Source: Acidobacteriota bacterium (GTDB lineage Bacteria; Acidobacteriota; UBA890; WLXD01). Taken from it: a stretch of 64,000 bases of DNA. The notes under the pieces are model-generated. The model ran no database searches and was not told the origin of the DNA. It was given only the letters and a program-made list of their open reading frames with translations. The stretch lies in assembly GCA_965248695.1 (NCBI GenBank), contig CBDFKD010000002.1, positions 1,248,001 through 1,312,000 of the forward strand. Direction: 5' to 3'. The position numbers and the translations under genes are program-made. Positions 57,558 through 64,000 of the stretch are shown here, one piece after another (the first letter of the stretch is position 1; each line of letters begins with the position of its first letter).

Positions 57558-58334
57558 GTGAGCCCGGACGGCTTGCGAATCGGCGACCTGGGGCTGCACT
57601 CGCGCGTGTTGCTGGGGTCGGCGATGTACCCGAGCACCCAGGTGATGCTCGACTGTATCGCCGCCTCGGGCACCGAGATCGTTACCGTGGCTTTGCGCCG
57701 CGTCAGCCCGGGTGCAGAAGGCGAATCACTCTACGAGCTGCTCCGTGACGCCGGTGTTCACATCCTGCCCAACACCGCCGGCTGCTACACCGCCGAGGAC
57801 GCCGTACTCACCGCCCAGCTCGGTCGCGAGGCGATCGGCACGGATCTCGTGAAGCTCGAGGTCATCGCCGATGATCAGACTCTGCTGCCCGACGCCGTGG
57901 GGCTGTTGCGGGCGGCTGAGGACCTGGTGCGCGACGGCTTCGCGGTGCTTCCCTACACCAACGACGATCCGGTGCTGGCGCGCAAGCTCGAGGACGTCGG
58001 CTGCGCCGCGATCATGCCGCTGGCGGCGCCCATTGGCTCGGGCCTGGGGGTACGCAACCCGCACAACCTCGGCCTGATCAAGGAACGCGCCACGGTTCCG
58101 GTGATCGTCGACGCCGGTTTGGGCACTGCCTCGGACGTCGCCATCGTCTTCGAGCTCGGCTGCGACGGTGTCCTGCTCAACTCCGCTATCGCCCGCGCCG
58201 GCGACCCGGTGATGATGGCAGGCGCGGTAGCGGCTGCCGCCCGCGCCGGGCGCGAGGCGTTCGGTGCCCGACGCATGCCCCGCAAGCGTCACGCCGAGGC
58301 GTCGACACCGGTCAAGGGAACACCTTGGCAATAG
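57558..58334 (+). CDS. thiG: Thiazole synthase
   Basis: [30 protein letters not shown]. Confidence 0.95.
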   Translation: MSPDGLRIGDLGLHSRVLLGSAMYPSTQVMLDCIAASGTEIVTVALRRVSPGAEGESLYELLRDAGVHILPNTAGCYTAEDAVLTAQLGREAIGTDLVKLEVIADDQTLLPDAVGLLRAAEDLVRDGFAVLPYTNDDPVLARKLEDVGCAAIMPLAAPIGSGLGVRNPHNLGLIKERATVPVIVDAGLGTASDVAIVFELGCDGVLLNSAIARAGDPVMMAGAVAAAARAGREAFGARRMPRKRHAEASTPVKGTPWQ

Positions 58335-58960
58335 GAGGCCGCGACACGCCGCGGCTGTATCTGATCGCCGATCACGAGGTGTGCGGCAGTACCGAACAAT
58401 GGCTGGATCGCATCGCGGAAGCCGTTGCGGCGATACCCGATCGGTTCCCGGCGGCACTGCAGCTACGCGCCAAGGAGCTCACCGAGCTCAACCGCGCGGC
58501 GGTCGTCGAGGCTGCCCTGGATCGACTCGGCAACTCGTCGGTGCCGGTGTTCGTCAACGGCAGCGAGATCGACGCCGGCAGCGCCCGCGCGCGCGGAATC
58601 CACTGGCCGGAGAGCTGCATTCCAACCCGGCCACAGCCCGTGCCGGTCGGGTTTCGCCGCGCTGCTTCGATCCACTCGCTTGATGCCGCACGGCACGCGG
58701 CGGTGGCGGGCGCCGAGTTCGGCGTGTTCGCACCGGTATTCGACCCCGGATCCAAGCCCGGACAGGGACGCGGAATCGACGCGCTGCGCGAGCTCACCGA
58801 GTCGGTGGATCTGCCGGTGCTGGCGCTGGGTGGGGTCGGCGCCGAACAGGTCGCCGATTGCCTGCTGGCAGGCGCCGCTGGCGTAGCGGTGGTGAGCGCC
58901 GTGTTCAGCGCCGACGATTCCGGCGCCGCCGTGCGCCAGCTAGCCGACGCCCTTGGCTAG
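58325..58960 (+). CDS. thiE: Thiamine-phosphate synthase / TenI-like
   Basis: LYLIAD, QLRAK, SIHS, PVF...[17 protein letters not shown]. Confidence 0.75.
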   Translation: MAIGGRDTPRLYLIADHEVCGSTEQWLDRIAEAVAAIPDRFPAALQLRAKELTELNRAAVVEAALDRLGNSSVPVFVNGSEIDAGSARARGIHWPESCIPTRPQPVPVGFRRAASIHSLDAARHAAVAGAEFGVFAPVFDPGSKPGQGRGIDALRELTESVDLPVLALGGVGAEQVADCLLAGAAGVAVVSAVFSADDSGAAVRQLADALG

Positions 58961-59026
58961 CAGGCCGTGGTGAAAGTGCGGTGGGTCTGGCGACAGGGTT
59001 TTGCGAGGCGCAGGCCTGCTAGCCGC

Positions 59027-61147
59027 ATGCTCCGACGGTTGACGATCGTCCTATGGGCGTCGGTAGCCCTGGGTGCGTGTGAGACGGAACCGGCACACTC
59101 ACCGCTCAACGAGTTGATGGTCGCGGAGGATGGTCGCGGCGCCACCGAAGACGACCTGCGCACGCTGCGCAATGCTGCCGGCGCATCGGAAACCACCTTG
59201 CGGCGCGCCGCCGCGCGCGCCCTCGGCCGCCTCGAGCGCGCTGACCTGTTGCCCGACATCCTGCCGCTGCTGGAGGATCCCGAGGCCGGCGTTCGCGCCG
59301 TCGCCGCCACTGCCGTGGGGCAGGCGCTGAGCCGGGGTGCGGGCGCAGCTGGATTCGAGATATTGCGCCGCCGTATGAGCACCGATCCGGATGCCGTCGC
59401 GGCGGGCGCAGCGGCCACCTCGATCGGCCGATTGGGTTACACCGCTGAGTCCGAGATCAATGCGGCCCAATCGGCGCTCTCGAGCTTCGCAAGCGGAGCG
59501 CTGGCCGCGCTGGCGGCTTCCGACGAGGCCGGATTGGGTGGCGACGATCCGATCACGCGGCTGCACGGTGCCTTGCGTGGCCTGGAGGCTCTGTTCCGGC
59601 TGCGCCCTGATCACGCTGCGGCACCCGAGCTCGAGGCGCTGCTCACCGAGCTATCGTCTCTCGGCCGAGACGATGCTGCGAATACAGCCCGCGGCCAGGT
59701 GCGGTTGCTCGCAGTGGCCGCCCTGGTCAACGCTGGCGCGCCTCTCTCTGACGATCTCCTGTTCGCCCTGCAACGCGATCCCCGCGTAGGTGTCCGCCGC
59801 CTCGCGGCCGGCGTCATCGGCGCGTCGCGCGACTATGGTTCGCTGCTGCTGGCGCGGGCGTTGCAGGACTCCGAAGCGCGTGTGCGGTATGGACTGCTCG
59901 CAGCGCTGAGCCGGCGAGCGCCAGAGCGCGGCGCCTGCTCGCGATTGCTCGCCGGGTTGCGCGACCAGGTGGCCACCATACGACTGCTGACGATCGACGC
60001 GCTTCCCGGCTGCGATGGAGCGACCGCCACGCTACGCCGGATCGTCGCCGACGTCGCCGATTCAGACACCGCAACCTGGCACGAGCCGGCACACGCACTC
60101 GCAACATTGGCATCGACAGACCCTACCGAGGCACGCTCGCCCGCTGAGGGTGCGAGCGTCCATCCCATCTGGCAGGTGCGCATGTACGCGGCCCGCGCCG
60201 CGGCGACCGCGGGCTGGGTCGACCTGCTGCGGGTGCTGGCGGCCGACGAAAATGCCAACGTGGCGGCAGCGGCGGTTGCCGGGTTGAGCGCCCACGCCAG
60301 CCGCGACGGCGATGACCTCTACCTCGAAGCACTCGCAAGCGACGATGGACAGCTGCTGATGGCTGCTGCGGCGGCGCTGGGAAACCGATCGTCGGCAGAC
60401 GAGTCGCCGGCGGGCGATTCTTCGGCAGGCCGGGCGACGGCGACACAACATCTGCTGGAGACACTGGAGCGCGTTACCGGCTTCGAGCGCCAGACGTCGC
60501 GGGATCCGCGCCGAGCGCTGTTGGCGACGATCGGCATCGTGGGCGAGCCTACCAACGCCGGAGCCGTCGTTCCCTACCTGCGGGATTTCGATGCCGTCGT
60601 CGCCTCGACCGCCGCCGACATTCTCCAGCGCTGGACCGGTCAGCGGCCAACGATCGATCCGCAGTCGCTACCGCCCGCTCCGTTCCCCACCGCCGAAGAG
60701 CTCGACGAGATCGACAACTCGCGTGCCGTGGTACGCATGCAAACGGGCGGCGAGATCGTCCTGCGCCTGTTGCCGCTCGAGGCGCCTGGCAACACGGCGC
60801 GCTTCGTGCGGCTGGCGCGACAAGGCTACCTCGACGGCCTCACGTTCCACCGCGTGGTGCCGAACTTCGTGATCCAGGGCGGCAGCCCGGGCGCCAACGA
60901 GTACGCCGGGGATGGCCCCTACACCCGCGACGAGATCACCGCCCGTTCGCATCTGCGCGGCACGGTCGGCATTTCGACACGCGGACGCGATACCGGCGAC
61001 GCTCAGATCTTCATTAACCTGATCGACAACCTGCGGCTCGACTTCAACTACACGATCATCGGCGAGGTAATCGCAGGTATGGATGTGGTGGACGGCATTC
61101 TGGAGGGGGCGATCATCGACTCGGTACGCGTCGAGCGGCGACGCTGA
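59027..61147 (+). CDS. HEAT-repeat lipoprotein with a C-terminal cyclophilin-type PPIase
   Basis: Lipobox LGAC; HEAT repeats; FHRVVPNFVIQGG, GRDTGDAQIFINL. Confidence 0.88.
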   Translation: MLRRLTIVLWASVALGACETEPAHSPLNELMVAEDGRGATEDDLRTLRNAAGASETTLRRAAARALGRLERADLLPDILPLLEDPEAGVRAVAATAVGQALSRGAGAAGFEILRRRMSTDPDAVAAGAAATSIGRLGYTAESEINAAQSALSSFASGALAALAASDEAGLGGDDPITRLHGALRGLEALFRLRPDHAAAPELEALLTELSSLGRDDAANTARGQVRLLAVAALVNAGAPLSDDLLFALQRDPRVGVRRLAAGVIGASRDYGSLLLARALQDSEARVRYGLLAALSRRAPERGACSRLLAGLRDQVATIRLLTIDALPGCDGATATLRRIVADVADSDTATWHEPAHALATLASTDPTEARSPAEGASVHPIWQVRMYAARAAATAGWVDLLRVLAADENANVAAAAVAGLSAHASRDGDDLYLEALASDDGQLLMAAAAALGNRSSADESPAGDSSAGRATATQHLLETLERVTGFERQTSRDPRRALLATIGIVGEPTNAGAVVPYLRDFDAVVASTAADILQRWTGQRPTIDPQSLPPAPFPTAEELDEIDNSRAVVRMQTGGEIVLRLLPLEAPGNTARFVRLARQGYLDGLTFHRVVPNFVIQGGSPGANEYAGDGPYTRDEITARSHLRGTVGISTRGRDTGDAQIFINLIDNLRLDFNYTIIGEVIAGMDVVDGILEGAIIDSVRVERRR

Positions 61148-61150
61148 CGA

Positions 61151-63157
61151 TCAGTAGCGGTAGCCGAGCAGATTCCAGTACCACAGCTGCCACAGCGTGG
61201 CCACGAACGCGATGGTCAGCAAGGTGTACACGACGCGCGCCAGGAAACCACCGGAACCCCGGCGCCACAGCCTGATGGCGAAGTAGATCGCCGCCAGCAC
61301 CACGGGGATCGCCAGCAGCGGCAAGGTCAAGGCGGCCGGAAGCAGCGGTCCAACGCCGAACACGATCTGATTGGGGTCGCTGAGCAGCGACCCCAACATC
61401 GCGCCGAAGGCCAGAAATAACGCGCTGCCGAGCCAGCCGGTGACCTTGGTCAGCAGCGGTATGCGCCGCTCCGGCGGCAGTGTGTAACCGTGCTTGCGGC
61501 GCAGCAATGCGGCGGCTGGCCATAGCAAGGTGGCGCCGACAAAGAGCACCAGCGAGCACACCAGGATGAGCGCGTGGAACGACGGGTCGCCGGCCAGGCC
61601 GACGCGCTCGAACGCGATCACCGGTACCCAGCCCAAGAACAGGTGGGTGATCTCGCCGTCGGCGCTCTCGCGAAAGGCAATATGCCGCTGGCCGTGTTGC
61701 TCGCGGAAGGTCAAGGGCGCCACCTCAATCCAGCGCGTAGCGCCCGTGGCTTCGCTGGTAAGCGCCTCGCCGTCCTCGCTGACGCTCACCTCCGCGACAC
61801 CGACCGCCGCCAGCTTTGCCAGCGTCCGGTGCGAGTAGCGAACGGCTCGATACTGGCCCGCAAAGCGCTGGCCACGTTCAGCGAAGTCGTCTGGCGCGTC
61901 GATCTCGGCCGGATCATCGGCCGGGAAGTACTCGTTCATGAATGCCGCGTACACCTCGCTGGCCACGCCGCCGCCGTTGACGCTGTTGAACGACACGAAC
62001 ACGCCGGTCCCGTGGTCGGGAAGCAGCCCCATGTCGGAATGGAACCAGAGCGTGTCGCCACCGTGGCCCAGGACACGCTCGCCGTTCATGCTCATCTCGT
62101 AGAAGCCGTGCGCCATCGGGTGCATCTGTTCGGCGTGGCGGAACAGCTCGCCCTGCATCTGTGCCGCCGTCGACTCGTCGAGAATCCGCGTCTCGTCGAT
62201 CACTCCAAGCTGCAGGTGGGCGATCATGAAACGCGCCATATCCGCGGCGGTGGCACCGGCCGCCCCCACCGGTGCGAGCGGCACGAACTCGAAGTCCTCC
62301 TGGTCAAATGCGGTGCCATTCCAGCTGTAACCCAGCGACATCACCGCATCGAGCGCGGCCGGAAACGGCTGTCTGAAGGTCGTGTGGGTCATGCCGAGCG
62401 GCTCGATGATGTGACGCTCGACATATTCGTCCCAGGACAGCCCCGACACCTCCTCGACGATGAGGGCCGCGAGACCGGTGCCATGATTGGAGTAGGACGA
62501 CAGCTCGCCGGGCGGCCGCACACGAGCCGGCAGCTCGCGCTGCAGGATCGTCTCGAGCGGGGCCAGGGCGGTGTCGTCGCGGGCGAACAGCCCGATCACC
62601 TGATCCTCGAAGCCCGGCGTGTGGGTCATCAGATGTCGGACGCGAACAGGCTCGTCGTAGGTGGCCGGTACCTCGACATCGGTCAGGTAGTCGTTGACAT
62701 CGGCGTCGAGACCGATGCGTCCCTGCTGCACGAGCTGCATGATCGCGGTCCACACGAAGAGCTTGGAGATCGAGCCAATGCGAAACAAGGTCTCGTTGGC
62801 GCTCACCCGGCGACGCTCGTCGACGTCGGCGAAGCCGTAGCCCTTGGCCAGCAGCACCGCGCCGTCCCGTACCACGGCAGCGGTGGCACCGGCGATGTTG
62901 TTCGCGTCGAGGTGGGCCGCCATGAGGCCGTCGAAGAACGCCTCCACGTGTGCCGGATCTACCGGACTGCGTACGGCGACAGGCTCTGTGTGCTCGACCT
63001 CTGCCACCTCCGGCAGCGCGCCGTCTTGGGCCACTGCCTCGGACGGACAGGTGACCGAGACGACGACTAGCCAGAGGACTCCAGCGATCACTCGGCGCAT
63101 CAAAGGCCACCTCCGCGATTCGGTTCGATCGGTGCCGCGCACAGGATGCGGCGTCAC
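61151..63157 (-). CDS. Serine hydrolase (class C beta-lactamase-like) with C-terminal TM helices
   Basis: FRIGSISK (SxxK), LMTHTPG, YSN, GHGGD; several C-terminal hydrophobic helices. Confidence 0.9.
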   Translation of the reverse strand: MTPHPVRGTDRTESRRWPLMRRVIAGVLWLVVVSVTCPSEAVAQDGALPEVAEVEHTEPVAVRSPVDPAHVEAFFDGLMAAHLDANNIAGATAAVVRDGAVLLAKGYGFADVDERRRVSANETLFRIGSISKLFVWTAIMQLVQQGRIGLDADVNDYLTDVEVPATYDEPVRVRHLMTHTPGFEDQVIGLFARDDTALAPLETILQRELPARVRPPGELSSYSNHGTGLAALIVEEVSGLSWDEYVERHIIEPLGMTHTTFRQPFPAALDAVMSLGYSWNGTAFDQEDFEFVPLAPVGAAGATAADMARFMIAHLQLGVIDETRILDESTAAQMQGELFRHAEQMHPMAHGFYEMSMNGERVLGHGGDTLWFHSDMGLLPDHGTGVFVSFNSVNGGGVASEVYAAFMNEYFPADDPAEIDAPDDFAERGQRFAGQYRAVRYSHRTLAKLAAVGVAEVSVSEDGEALTSEATGATRWIEVAPLTFREQHGQRHIAFRESADGEITHLFLGWVPVIAFERVGLAGDPSFHALILVCSLVLFVGATLLWPAAALLRRKHGYTLPPERRIPLLTKVTGWLGSALFLAFGAMLGSLLSDPNQIVFGVGPLLPAALTLPLLAIPVVLAAIYFAIRLWRRGSGGFLARVVYTLLTIAFVATLWQLWYWNLLGYRY

Positions 63158-63247
63158 TTCCGCCCATACAAGCTGCGGCGGCCCGGGGATCCACTGGTGC
63201 CGCCGCCGAGATCCCGGTGGTGGCCGGAATCTCCGGTGGCAGCTCGG

Positions 63248-63760
63248 TCAGAGCCCGGCGTCACGACACTGCTGCAATCCGTTGCCCGCGTGTAGCAGCA
63301 GCTTGCGATCGCTCTCCTGTTCGAGCAACGACTCGAAGACCTTCACCGCCCGCGGATCGGGTCCGCCTGAGGCCAACATGATGGTCGCCATGCGACGTAC
63401 GCGGATGCTGTCGTCGTTTTCGATGCGTTGAATCAGCAGCGGGACCACGTCGATGGGGTTTTCGCCCTCCTTGCATCGATCGCACGCGAGCGAGTGCACC
63501 GCCCACATGCGCACCTGACTCTTGGGATCGTGCAGCAGCGGTACCAGCAGCTCGAGCGACGCGGTATCGGCATGATGGTCGAGGTAGATGGCGCACCAGC
63601 GCCTTACTTGCCAGCGTCCGTCGCTGAGGCCCTGGCGGATCGCCGGTAGGGCATCGGCGCCGAGAGCGTCGAGCGCCACGTAGGCCTCCCACCGGGAATC
63701 GCTCTCGGCGAATCGGTCGACGAACTGCGCGGCACGCTCGTGGGTCTGGATGTTCTGCAT
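63248..63760 (-). CDS. HEAT-repeat protein
   Basis: RBS GGAG before ATG 63760; repeats L.D..WQVRRWCA, LHDPKSQVR..AV.SL.CDRCK, DDSIRVRR.A. Confidence 0.75.
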   Translation of the reverse strand: MQNIQTHERAAQFVDRFAESDSRWEAYVALDALGADALPAIRQGLSDGRWQVRRWCAIYLDHHADTASLELLVPLLHDPKSQVRMWAVHSLACDRCKEGENPIDVVPLLIQRIENDDSIRVRRMATIMLASGGPDPRAVKVFESLLEQESDRKLLLHAGNGLQQCRDAGL

Positions 63761-64000
63761 CTCTGCTCTCCTCGGCCGGTCAGAACCCGGCGCCATTCGA
63801 GCGGCAGACCCGGCTCGAGAATCGAAAAAGGCCACGCGCTCGCTCCACAGATCAACCGAGGCCGCCAAAACGTTGCTGGCGGGCCGACGGTCGATGGAGT
63901 GAGCGCGGGGCCAACCCCGCGCGCACAGATGTGCGAAAAGATTGTCGGGTCTCCGGCGCCGCGTCAAGCTCCCTCGGTGGGCAGGCGGGAGGGACACGAG

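Noticed and set aside
63181-63242. Degenerate ~20-bp tandem repeats (CCGG.GATC..GGTG)
   Set aside because: Only three poor copies in a short GC-rich intergenic region, which is not enough to call an element.

Overview
This is a GC-rich bacterial window, probably Acidobacteriota: it has a VWA-related protein, a PadR plus duplicated orphan permease (ADOP) pair, and several Hanks-type kinases and sulfatase-like genes. Most of it is metabolic and envelope genes: wecE, a frameshifted GMC oxidoreductase, Tat-exported flavoenzymes, msrB, an M20 amidohydrolase, rpiB, hemH, a ycaQ-like gene, an htrA-like gene and thiOSGE. Two accessory regions stand out. (1) A complete 2,186-bp IS1-family element lies at 20414-22599, with perfect 19-bp terminal inverted repeats and an 8-bp target duplication. 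It is inserted into the signal-peptide codons of an FG-GAP gene. Divergent from the transposase it carries a 93-nt tRNA-like RNA with a non-canonical 9-bp acceptor / 3-bp T-stem fold (allo-tRNA-like), followed by two uncharacterised ORFs. This is the best candidate for an undescribed system. (2) A toxin-antitoxin-rich island at about 43.6-52.6 kb holds HigBA, BrnTA, RelE-type and HicA-like modules, three nucleotidyltransferase pairs, palindromic operators, deleted toxins and duplicated higA/brnA fragments. Several internally deleted or truncated gene remnants are scattered through the window. All family assignments come from reading motifs by eye; no database searches were run.
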